Positions 1-12,900 of a DNA stretch of 64,000 nt are shown in pieces. Under the pieces are notes generated by a model. The model made no database searches, was not told the origin of the DNA, and saw nothing but the letters and a program-made list of their open reading frames with translations. The number at the start of each line of letters is the position of its first letter. Within the stretch, counting starts at the first letter, position 1. Position numbers and translations under genes: made by a program. Source of the DNA: Negaprion brevirostris (taxonomy: Eukaryota); assembly GCA_030324005.1 (NCBI GenBank), contig JARDVH010000042.1, positions 83,003,332-83,067,331 on the forward strand, given 5' to 3'.

Positions 1-94
1 ATCAGCCAACTTAAAAATTGAATTGGAGGGGAATTTAGCCACACAGCCTTAGGTATATAAGGAGTATAGTCAGGGGTTGGGGGGGGGGGGGAAC

Positions 95-145
95 GCGCTG
101 AGAATATAGCCTTGAGGGGCACCAGTGTTGAGGATCCTGGTGATG
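95..145 (-). mobile_element. Short LINE RT remnant
   Basis: Minus strand encodes NTGAPQG, an RT motif. Confidence 0.45.
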
Positions 146-489
146 ATCCCCAATATTCAGGTTCTTTACATACCTCAAGTAACATTCTGAGATGCTTCAA
201 TACAGTCAAAGAAACATTACAGATATTTTACAACGGTCTTACAAATGTTCCAAAGTTATTTTAAATGTTGACTACATGGAAAAAGTTGCACTGAGGTATT
301 TCAGTACAAATGCCAAAAAGATTGGTACTTCAGTGCAACTGAGGTACACGCGATATTCAGTCAAGTGACAGTAGAGTTCTCTTTCAGTCCAAATACATTC
401 CAAAAAAAAGAGGGACTGCATTTAATGAACCTTTCATATGCAATAATTGGTGAGATCAGTTAGCTCTATTCAGCTGATCACTGTTGGTC

Positions 490-900
490 CTACTCCAATC
501 GGCCATCGGGCTATAGCGACAGATCCAGATTTAACCTGTAATGAGTTAATAGGGTAATTTGATTCGGGGGGGCACTCCCGTTATTTCGGATTACAGGGGG
601 AATGTGCTTATAAAAACAAGTCGCTGCGGTGACTTGTTACACGTTTTCTTCCGTTTTAGTATTTTTAGGTTACCGGATAACAGGATTATTACTACTACTA
701 CTGGCGTTTTTTGCTTTAACGAGCAAAATGATTCCTTTTCGCGTAGCCTTGCTGCTACAGTTAGTAGTATGTTTAAATCCGAACAGATTCACGTATGGTG
801 AGTAGCGATTGTTTCCCGGCTGTGGAATTTAATCTTTGGAAATAGTGGGCGTAATTTATAAGCGTCATGTTATGTTCCGAAACACTGAGTTGAAAAGGCG
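490..900 (+). promoter_or_regulatory. CpG-retaining promoter/exon 1 region
   Basis: Many CG dinucleotides (ggccatcggg, tcgctgcggt, ttcgcgtagc, ccgaac) around the ATG, against near-total CpG loss in the introns. Confidence 0.6.
728..797 (+). CDS. VLDLR: Exon 1: signal peptide [23 protein letters not shown]
   Basis: aaaATG, hydrophobic core, donor G|gtgagt phase 1. Confidence 0.8.
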
Positions 901-3900
901 CTATCTATAAAGATTGATTACTTTTCCTTCATTAAAACTATTGCAAGTACTGAAGCATCTCTTGCTGCTCATATCAATAAGAATCCCTACCTCCTAAAAG
1001 ATTTGTAACTTAATAGCCCATCCACACCACAAAACGAGGGGTGGCTCTTCAGTTAATACTAATCCTTGTTTAGGATATGCTACTTTCAGTTCATCCTCAC
1101 CATTTATCCAGCCAAAAGCTAGTGGTAACCAACACTTATTACAGCTGAGTTATTTTTATCTTTTAGATCAGATTGTTTAACCGATTTTTCACTTTTTTTG
1201 TTTATAGTTATCAGTAAATTACACGTGTGGGTTTCTGAAATGGGGATGGCCTGAGCATTTTCATAGTGGTATAGGATTTTAATTGTAAATTTAAATGTAA
1301 TATTTACCAGGCTGGAGTAATAGTAAGTATCCATTCATAACTTCATTAGGAGTAATGCTTAATGGTCTGAGATTATGTAGCCCAAGAATGAAATGGTACT
1401 GGCCATCTGTTGATTAATACTGAACTGTAAAGTTACAGAAACAATAGGGAACAAGGCTGGAATTGGTCTTCTTTCTGAAAGAGAGCAACCTTTGGCTTGG
1501 TGATGCTTATGAGGCAAAATTGGGGACTCCTGTTCCCTTCCAATGAAAAGACAATCTCGGTTGGTACCACAAGTGCCACTAATGTGTGATCCTGATTCCC
1601 ATTGTGCTAGTCAACACTCACCTCTTGAACAAACATCACTTTAAGCAGGCTGTGATCATTATCCTAATACTGTGAGACTTTGCTCTGTACAAATTGGAAG
1701 CTGCATTTTCTATAATATAGTGGCTGTTATATTGTGCATAAAATGCATTGGAATTATCTTTTGTTTGAAAAGACACTAATTGCAATTTTGGGCCATGTTA
1801 TGGATTACTCATTTCTGGCCTAATGGGTATCTATTTCCTACCTTGGGAATAGTTCCAAACCAACTAGTAAAGTTTAAATTTATTGCCAATCCAGTAGATT
1901 GTTTTGTCCTGTATGTTGGTGAGCTTGTGGAGCTTTGTGATATAAGCACTTTGGATTACTCATGCAAGACTATCCATGCTCATTGGGTAGTATTTATATG
2001 GCTGCTCCATCTATTTATGGTATTCTGGGTATTTACCAATTGTAACTTTTTAAAGTCAAGGAGAGGTGGTTATATGATCATTGCCTAGCACTTCATGCCA
2101 TGATCAGCCCAAACCAAGATGTTGTCCAGATCTTGCTGCATGCCAATATAGACTTCTTCAGTGTCTGAAGAATGCCAAATGGAACAGCTCTTGGGTAACT
2201 GTCAGTGAACATCTCTCATCAGAGGGAAGATTGCTGAAATTGGTTGGGCTGAGGATATTCAATATTACCTTTTTTAGCAGCATTGTCATGATGGCTGACC
2301 TCCAATAACCATGCTATCTTCCAGCCCTGATCTCCATAACTTCCAGTATTTTCACCTGAGGCTCAGTCAGTCGCCTCCTACATTCAATTCCTGTGAAATT
2401 ATCTTTTATATGGAGTTAACAAATGTAAATTTTCATTCACCACAATGAAAAAGATATCTGATTTTGTTCCTGACTTTTTTGCTTTATAGTTCATCCTTTT
2501 TCTTTTGAAGGCTCAAAAGCTCCCTGTGATGCATCGTGGTTTCAGTGCCAAAATGGACGCTGTATCCCACAACTGTGGAGATGTGACGGGGATGATGACT
2601 GCACTGATGGAAGTGATGAAGATAACTGTGGTAAGTAGCTGGCTTGTGTGCTGGATAGCACTTTGGATCAGCATACCTTGAGGCCTGTGCAGGTAAGAGA
2701 AGAGGGCCAACTGCCCAATAAAATTTGGGCACTGGTGCTCCACCTCAGCACTGTAGGGCTTTTGCAGCCTTGCTCAATCTGAGAAAATGTGTTTTAATAT
2801 TTATGACCATCTCATCACATCTCTGTAATTATTAGCAGACCTGGGTGAGATCCATATTAGTTTTCTACTTACCTGCAGAAATGTAATACCTGTCTAAAAA
2901 TGGGACATTAGTTTATTCCTGACCAGTTTACATGTGTGCTGCAGACCAATCATGCCACATGTGTATTTTCTATTCTATCTGGAATAGAAGATAGAGGTAT
3001 CACAAGTAGTGTACCATTTTAATACCAGCAGCCCATGGTGCTAACTAATCCATATGTGATGGGCAGTCTGACATTTGTATGTAATGCAATGTAGGTAAAT
3101 TCTTGCATAAAAATTCATCTGACATTGTTTGCCAAGTTACCACTGATCAGTTACTATCAGGCTCTGCAGAAATCTGATTATAAATCATACAATCCAGGAA
3201 GAGGTCTCTTGGAGCTCTTGTAATCATTCAAGCAATACAAGATCAGCATTCACTGCCCACTTCCCCCAGTTGCTCTTGCAAAGGTGGTGGCAAGCTGTTG
3301 ATACAGTTTGTGGTGTATGTACACCCACTGCTGTTTAGGTGGGGAGGGATTTTGACCAGGACAAGTCATATGGGGAAGATTTTAAGTTTCCTGTGGAAAA
3401 GGATCAATTAGTGGCCTTTGATAAGAAAAAATATGCTCTCAAATGAGTAGTTGAGACCTAGATGTGGTTATTATTTGAGGGGTATTAGGCTTGTAATATC
3501 AACTGCAGTGGATGCACCTGAGCAAGAAGTCACAGACGTGGCCAAGTCTCAACCCTGAGTGCAGGAGTTGCACAAGAGGACTGGAGAATTGCAAATGATG
3601 TGCCTGGATTCAAAATGGCAAGGATGGATCATAACTACAGATGAGTCAATTTAAATGTATACTATGGAGAGCCATATATATTAAAATTGTTTAACTTACT
3701 CATGAGTTGAGGGCAGTGAAGTTGTATAAAGGCAAAGTTGTTAGGGTGCCAGTGTCAACATCCAAGCCCATGAATAAAAACAGACAGAAGCTAGATGGTA
3801 TTGCATGGTGGTTTTTTCAGACTGGTATTGGATACATAATGGGACTTCCCTTGATGTTACTGGATCACAACTTGTCCTAACCTAGACTTGTTTGCAAGCA

Positions 3901-6900
3901 GAACCTGGAGTACACTGATAAGCTGACAGAATGGATGAAATAATTCAAGACCTAGAAATTACAGCCCAGATCAACCTTTCTTCAGCTCTGCTCCCTGACT
4001 CCGATAGCTGCTCTGGCAATCTTCAGCCGGAGATACTGAGGTGTTCTTGTAGACCCCAGAACCTTCTCTAATTCTCTAGGGCTTTGTCAAACAAAAGCCT
4101 CAAATTCCCCAACCTTCCTGTCCACCACTTTGCAGGGAAATGGAAAAATCCCTCTGGTATAAAGGCAAGGGGCAATATAGAGGCAGAGGTTTACAGCATG
4201 GAAACAGGCCCTTCAGATCAACTGATCCATGCTGGCTTTTTAACTCCTTAAGCTAGTCCCAATTGCCTATAATCCCTCTACTCATCTTAACAATGTAACT
4301 GTCTAAATGCTTTAAAAGACAATTGTACCTACCTCTAGAAGCTTGTTCCAGATATTTTCTACCCTCTGGAAAAAGTTGCAGCTCTGAACCCTTTTGTATC
4401 TCTCCTCTCTCCTTAAACCTATGCCCTCCAGTTTTTAGACTCCCCTACCTTTGGGGAAAAAGTCTTGACTATCTAGCTGATCTATGTCCCTCATTATTTT
4501 AGCACTCTCTATAAAATCACCCCTTGGCCTTCTACACTTGAGTCCCAGTCTATCCAGCCTCTCCTTGTAACTCAAACCATGTCCTGGTAGCATCCTAGTA
4601 AACCTTTTCTACACTTTATAGAAAGGATATTAAACTAGAATATGACCAGAATTGGAATACTGTATGTGAGTGTGGCCTTAATGTCTTGTACAACTTCAAG
4701 ACGTCCCAACTTCTGTAGTCAATGTTCTGACCAACAAAACCAAGCATGCCAAATGCTGCCTTCAACTGTCCACCCATGACTCCACTTTCAAGGAGCTATG
4801 AACATGTACCCCTAGATCTCTGTTCTGTATCTCTCCCCAGTGCCTGACCATTAACTGAATCCTGCCCTGGTTCAATCTACCAAAATGCATCATCCTGCAT
4901 TTTTCTAAATTGAACTCCTGCCATTTGTCAGCCCACTGGCCCAATTGATCAAGATCCCATTGTCATCGGCAAACTTGCATGCCTCCTATATTCTCATCTA
5001 ATCACTAATCCCTGAGGCACATGGCTATTCGTCTACAAGTGTAGACACAATGGACTTTAATCTACTTAAGGTGAGGGATGCATTGAGAAGCTACATATGC
5101 TAGTCTTTAACTGAAGCATCTAAATGTGCAAAAGTAAGATTATGGTAGACTTTAATGTAAATCTTCAGTATCCAAGAGTCAGGAGGATGTGCAGATACTG
5201 GTGCAGGATGACTTGTGGGTAATTGGACTTTATTGGAGAAGCTGGTGGTCTTGAAGAGATTTGATACAAGATTCTAGACAGATAGGGAGAAACTGTTTCT
5301 GATAACATGGTCAAAAACCAGGGGCATTGACTTTAAGGTGAAAAGAACATGAGGAAAACTTTCAGTGGATGGTTAGGATCACTGCCTGAGTCTAGTTTGA
5401 TTTTTGGCTTTCTCAGATTGGAATATAATCAGATTTGCAGGGCTACAGAAGGGTAGGACTATTTGATCTTGCAAATAACTGCACAGATACAAATGGCTGA
5501 ACTATTGATACTGGAGATGAATACCTTCAGTCTATTGATGAAATTAAGAAAATGACTATTCTGAAACCTTGGCATAATGAAACTGGTCAATACAAATTTT
5601 GAACTGTGGTGATGTACTATCATATTATGTATACTTTATGAACAACATCAGTCAATAACTATATACCCTCCATGGGAATAACTTGGTATTTGTAGTAATG
5701 CTTCAAGTAGTAGACCAGAAACATGTATAATATCTCTCTTTCAAGGTAAAATCACCTGTGGAACTTCAGACTTTGTATGCCACAGTGGACATTGTGTGCC
5801 AAGTAAGTGGCAGTGTGATGGCACATCTGACTGTGAGGATGGATCAGATGAAAGTCCAGATATATGTCGTAAGTATTAGGAAGGAGTGAAAATTTTGATC
5901 CTGTATTTCCCTTGATCATTCTGTCCCTTTGCATTTTCTAATTTCTTCCTTGTCCATAACATAGGGCAACTGCATGTATTTTTGACTCTTTGTCTCCATT
6001 TGCTTGTATTTCATATTTTAGTTTTAAATATCATGTGCAGCAATAGGTTTTGTTCTGAGTGAGCTAATGACCAAATGCATCAAATTTTGGATGCTTATAC
6101 TATTTTAAACCATTTAGTGCTACCATTACAATGGCATTTTTACATAAAATTGAGGCTGTACTAGGTGACTTTAGTCTACTTGACAATTTAAGTTGTGCTG
6201 GAATCCATGTTCACAAACACTTAAAGCTCACCAGGAAGGAGGATGATGTGTGCAAACTTTCTCTAAACTCTAATGTCTCTTACAGATACAAGAATGTGTC
6301 ACTTAAATGAAATAAGCTGTGGTCCTGGGACTCTTCAGTGTATTCCTGCTTCCTGGAAATGTGATGGAGGAAAGGACTGTGACAATGGTAGTGATGAAGA
6401 GAACTGTGGTAGGTTAATGCCAGATTTAGCTGAGTGGATTCTAAATGTCCAAAGACTAGATTCTAGTTGGAGGAACAAAGGCCTGAACTATACAATGTGA
6501 ATTACTGCAATTTTAAACTTGTACTCCACTTTTTGAGTTTAAAGAACACTTTGGATCTAGCACTAAATATTTTCACAACACTAACTTTGATTTGCTAACA
6601 GCTGAACTTTTATGAATANNNNNNNNNNAAGCAAATGATATCAAGGCTTGCAGGATTCCCACAGGTTTAAGTGTTCAAGTGTTTTTATTTCTGCTAGTGC
6701 CATTATCACTCGTCACCAGACTCATGTCCACAATCCTATCTAGATTTTCCTTCCTGGGGTGTGGGCATTACTGACAAGGGCAGAATTTATTGCCCATTCC
6801 CTTGAATTAAGGGCTTTTGCCAGGCCATTTGTGAGCAGTTGCCTGGAGTCAAATGTAAGTCAACAAGTTAATGATGGCCTATTTCTTTAAAGAATATTAA

Positions 6901-9900
6901 TGAACCAGAAATAAAAATGTTGGATAAACTCAGCAGGTCACAGCATCTGTGGAGGGAAACAATTGACGTTTTTAGATTTGAATTTTGATCCAATACATTA
7001 AATAATCCTCAAACGTTCCTGAAACAGAAGGAGCACTTGGATCCTAGGGTGGGATTTTACAGCCTTGCTCATCCTGAGACTTAATCTTGCCTGAGGTCAA
7101 CAGACCTTCCCATACTTCACCCCTCACCAGCTCCAATTCCTGTGGCAGGTGGGCGACTCCAGCCATGATAACTTTCTCCTAACAGATATTACAAGATCTG
7201 CTGTTTTTACTTGATTTCCAGCAGTTGCAGTATTTTGCATGAACCAGAATGCATTATGAAAAATGATTAAATGGTCCCTGTTACTGAGACTAGCTTTACC
7301 TTGCAAGTGTGTTAACAATTCAAATTTCACCAGCTGTCATAGTGAAATTTGAACTTGTGTGCATTGGCAGGGTGCCTTGATTAATCTAGCAGCAATACCA
7401 CTCAGCCACTAAATGTTACCTCAATTGAAAACTGATAACTTGCTTTATGCAGTGTTCATATAGTTTTACTTTGGACTCTAATCTGGTCAAGCCAGCACTT
7501 ATTGCAATTCACCTTTTTTTGACTGGACTGACATGTCAACTCATCTCAATGTGGTGGAGGTATGCATATTTTGAAGGAAAATCATGGGTTGGCCTCCAGT
7601 AATTTGGCTCCAATTCTGGCTTTGGGTGACTTGAGTTCACATTATCCATATTTGTGGGCTTCTGCCAAGTACTTTAGTCTTGTCCCACTGTCCAGAGATG
7701 TGCAGTTAGATGGATTGGCCATGCTGAATTACCTCAATGTCCTACAATGTGTAGGCAGTGACAAAAACTACTGTCCTAGAGCCATCTTCCTAGACGGTTA
7801 TAAATCCTGGCTAGCATTGCTGCCCCTCCAGCCTCAGGTGACTGGAGTTTGCACATTCTCCCCCATGTCTGTGTGGGTTTACTCCAGGTGCTCAGGTTTC
7901 CTCCCACAGTCCAAAGATGTGTGGGCTAGGTGGATTGGCCATGCTAAATTGACTCTTGCATCAGGGGATTAGCACAAATGGGGTTTAGGTGGGATTGTGG
8001 TTGGTGCAGACTAGATGGGCCAAATGACCTCTTGCACTCCGGATTCTATTCTGGAAAACAACTGATTTTTGGAATGGTAACAAAAAAAATTAAGATCATC
8101 AGATTCCACTGGCACAATTAGCAACAGGATTGTGCTTCCATACAGCTGCTCTGCATGTTCCTGTCATCCCCACCTGAGCCACATCAGTAACCTGTGATGG
8201 GGTCATGATCTGAAAGTTTCAACTCTGTTGCATTGCTGTAATTTTTGATACAATTTGGCACAACCAAAAACTTGCCCTCTTAAGGGACAAAGTGCNNNNN
8301 NNNNNNNNNNNNNNNNNNNNNNNNNNNNNNNNNNNNNNNNNNNNNNNNNNNNNNNNNNNNNNNNNNNNNNNNNNNNNNNNNNNNNNNNNNNNNNNTCTTA
8401 AGGGACAAAGTGCTGGAAGCTAAATATTGCCAAGTCATGTCTTTTGCATTAATTACCAGTTGAAGGTTCCTATTTGCAGTCCTTGCATAGAGATTCTTAA
8501 AATTAAGTTGATTTCATTTGGTAAGGATTTTTTCTTAACTTGTATTCAATATAATTTACTAAAAGCATTCTAATTTCAGTAACAATGGATTTGCCTCATG
8601 GCAATACTCTTGGGCATATTAAAGCAAAAAATTTAATCTAATCTAAGTTGCCATGAACCAGAATATGCAAATTTTAATCAATTCCCACTAGAGGGGTCAC
8701 TTTGATGATTTTTGTTTAAATGACTCCAAAGCATAACTTGCTCCACTATGAATAACTTCTATACTTAATACAATTCCAGGTATTCCCTTGTTTAATTGCA
8801 TTATACCAATAGTGTTTTTGATTATTCATGGATTGGATTGAAGTAATTGGAAGGTGATGCAAGTGTTTTTAAACATGGAGGGGGAAGAGGGTAGTGCAGC
8901 AATTATCCCAGCCCTCTAGCACTGATCCCATTCCCCAGCACCAGTATTGTCCAGCAGCATGTGACTGCTAGCCACTAATGAACAGGCAGCTGACCTGGTG
9001 GAGGGCCCAGGGGGAGGGCATCCAGAAGGCTGCATGTGCTGATCTATGGCAATTGGCTTGTCAGCACTATGCTGCCATCTTCTTGTGGGAATATGCCCCA
9101 CCCTGGATTTTTCAGTGAATCCTGCTAGGGCACTCTGGCAGTGTCAGATTATCCTAGAAATCATGCATTTTTGAGGGGGGAAAAAAGCAGGGTTTACTCC
9201 TACTTTTCTCCAAACTGGAGACTTTTTGGAGAATTCCAGCCATGGTTTCTGATAGTGGACAGCTATGACCTCTAATTCTTGACACTTGGTTCACTGAGCA
9301 GTAAAAAACTTCTACACACAGTGCTCCCACCAATCTATTGGCATACACCACCATACAGGTAGATACATATTGAGCAACCCTCACTACTTGGTTTCTGCAT
9401 TAGTTCTAATCAATAATTCCATTTGTTCTAAAATTGGCATCTTTTCTTTCAGGCACTTTTGTTTGCAATATACTTGAGTTTACTTGCTCCAATGGCAGAT
9501 GTATTACTAAAACATTTATCTGCAATGGTGAAGATGACTGTGGTGATGGAAGTGATGAAAAAGGTTGTGCTCCATCTATTTGTCACTTGCATGAGTTTCA
9601 ATGCAATAGTTCTGAATGTATCCCCTTGAATTGGGTGTGTGACAACAATACTGATTGCGTTGACCAATCTGATGAAGCTCCAGAACATTGTGGACATGCT
9701 CTCCCTCCTGTGACCTGCTCTCCTAGTGAATTCCTATGTAATTCTGGTGAATGCATCAATCAACACTGGTACTGTGATGGAGATGATGATTGCAAAGATG
9801 GAAGTGATGAAATTAATTGCCGTAAGTCTTTATTTGGCTACTGAACTAAATCTCAAACTTGCAAAGTGGAAAACTTCCTAGTTGAGGTGTACAAATTGCT

Positions 9901-12900
9901 TAAATGACCCATCTAGATTTCTGACTCAGTTTACTAAGAACTGAGGACATGTGTATTGTTTCCTGCTCAGTTCTTCGTCTCAATCATTGGGTTAGCCAGT
10001 CATTGAAGTTGCACATTAAACAATGCAATGGGGTCTCTTGAAACCATTGAATATCCAAAATAGATATCCTTCAGTCTCTGATTTAGTCCATCTTTAGAAT
10101 AAATGATTTGGTATCAGTGAGCCAAACTGCAGGTGTTTTGCACTAATGGCCAGGACAGAAACATTTTCACCCCTTCCTGAACAAAGGGGCTAAAAGTATC
10201 TTCCATTAGTGAGGTTGCAAAAGAAGGGGTTACACTTTCAAATGGAATGAGAATTGCATTATTTCTCAAATCAACATGTATGTAGAACACAACTTGTAGC
10301 ATCTAGTGCAAGCAATCCAAATTGTGACTTGCTTAGTGTGGACACAAGGATATCTATTCAGGACAGGAAGCTTCATGCGAAGCATGTGCAATTTAAAATA
10401 TGGGTCAGTGAAAGTGACCAAGTATACAATGGTGGAATAGCATTTTTTAATAATTGGGTTTGCTACACATTTGGATTGTATGTTCTTTGTGCCATTGCTA
10501 ATTGATTCAAAACTTAACTTAGCTCCTCGGACATGTAGACCAGATCACTTCCAATGTGGTGATGGTAACTGCATCCCTAGAAGCAAGATGTGTGATGCAT
10601 TTGCAGACTGCTCTGATTCTACTGATGAAACCAACTGCAGAGAAGGTGAGTGCATAATTTCCATAGTGCAACTGAAATTGGAACTTCTAAAGTTGCATAT
10701 TTTAAACTGTCTTTCTATTTTAGAATGCACAAGTCCAAATGACTTCAAATGCCAAAGTGGAGAATGCATAGCTATAACTCAAGTGTGTAACCACAAATGG
10801 GACTGTAAAGACCGGAGTGATGAACCCTTCAAATGTGGTTAGTAGTTTTTGAACTTGGGTCTGTCTCTCTGGCTTTATGATTTTGAAATGTAATGCTGTA
10901 ATTACACTTAAGTCCTTGTGGATTTCATGATACTATCTCTGTTCAAAGCTTACTTCCTGGTTGACTCTACTAGATGGTTTTTTTTTCTGCATGGAGATCC
11001 ACACTCTCTGACTCATCCCAGTTAGTCAAAACTGCAGCCAGATAAATCAATTTGAGTAATTAGTCAGACTAAACATCAAGTGAAAATGGAACATGATTGC
11101 TAACAATTTTTTTACATGAAAAAGGAATAACAAAACATGAAACACCAGGCTTGGTCTGTTACTTGTAGGGCACAATAGAACAGGAGGCATCCAGTCCATT
11201 CACTGTCCCAGTCCATAACAGATGGACAGGAGCCAGGGTGTCCCTGACCAAATTCTTTGGTAATCTTTGCTGCACTACATGTCTCAATGAACTTGTTTCC
11301 TCCTGGAACTATTTGTCTGCTTTTCAAGAAACATTCATATCACCAATTCCCACTCATCATGCCAATCCAGTCAGGAAAATGACTGACTGCAAATTTGTAT
11401 AAATGATTTCTCACCCTCCATTGCCACACTTCTAAATTTTATGGCAGTTGATCCTGGCAGGCTTGCCATCTGACTATGGTGAGGGAACTATCAATGTACA
11501 TGCCATTCCAGTATTGTGATGAAACCCCCATGACATTTTAAGTATTCCAACTTGGGGGTCAGAACTTTAACTCTTCCTTTGCATTATAACAATCATTTTC
11601 CACTTCTGGCTCTAGGGTCCACATTTTGTAGTACTGTGTATCAAAGCATTTGTGCTTGCCCTGCCTAGTAATCCAAAGGAATAAGTTGGGTTTGCATCCA
11701 AAATGACAATCATTAGCTTTCTAAACATTAATAGACTCTAGTGATAAGCATTCTAACTGCTTGTGACCTAGCACATAAGAGCAAACTTTTATTGCAGTGT
11801 TCCATAAATGTACATGACTTACATAACTAGGTCTGTTCAAATATCACATAGCAGATGCTGTTGAGTGAAAGTATTTAAAGGTGTATTTTTCTCATCAACA
11901 GGATTAAATGAATGCTTGGTGAACAATGGAGGTTGCTCTCACATCTGTAGGGACCTTCTTCTTGACTATGAATGTGATTGTCCTGCTGGTTTTGAGCTAA
12001 TTGATGAAAGAACTTGTGATGGTAAGTTTCTGTCCTATTTGCTGCTTAAGAATTTATTGCATTTTGTTAAGTGTGAATTTTTCCTACAGATGTCAATGAA
12101 TGTCAAAGTCCTGGAATCTGCAGCCAAATTTGTATTAATTTGAAAGGCAGTTACAAATGTGAATGCTATGAAGGGTATCACATGGATCCTGCTACAAGAG
12201 CTTGCAAAGCTATAGGTAAGTACACTTTAACACCATGTTGTAAAATGACATTGCTGATAGAAATTTTACTACTGTGTGGAGTAATACTAGAGTCTTGCTC
12301 TGTTGGGAAAGAGTAAATAGTAAGGCTAGAGCCAGCTCAAGTATCTGACCAACCTCTGCACTGTTAGTCTTGGTTTTAAAAAAAAACAAATTATCAACCC
12401 ATAATTTATCTTTAAATATAAGCCAGTCTATTGATCTAATTCAAATGGCTACACTTTCTACATTCACTGGAAGTGCATGTTCAGGATTCTTAATTGGACC
12501 ATTTTTACTTCTTTTAAAAAGGCAAAGAGCCTTATTTGATCTTCACAAATCGGCATGATATCCGGCAGCTAGGACTACATAACCAGGAGTATACCCAAGT
12601 TGTTGTGCAGCTGAGAAATGCTGTAGCACTGGATGCTGACATCGCAGAACAAAGAATCTTCTGGGCTGATATGAGCCAGCAGGCAATTTTCAGGTATTGT
12701 TTCATATTGAACATGGCACTCAAATGTCAGAATAGACTTTTGTGCAGCTATGTTTGTCCACCAATAACTTATAAGATGCCATTAACATTTTAGAAATTGA
12801 TATTTGACTATTTAGTTATCCTCCACTTAATGAACATTTTTAATGGCAAATTGAAATTTGTGTAGTCCTGGAAGACTTGTGCATCTTTATACAAATAGAT

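Noticed and set aside
559-801. 80-aa ORF over the promoter
   Set aside because: Different frame from the signal-peptide exon (728-797) and no recognisable motif
8278-8414. Direct repeat tcttaagggacaaagtgc flanking a gap
   Set aside because: Typical contig-overlap artefact at an N gap
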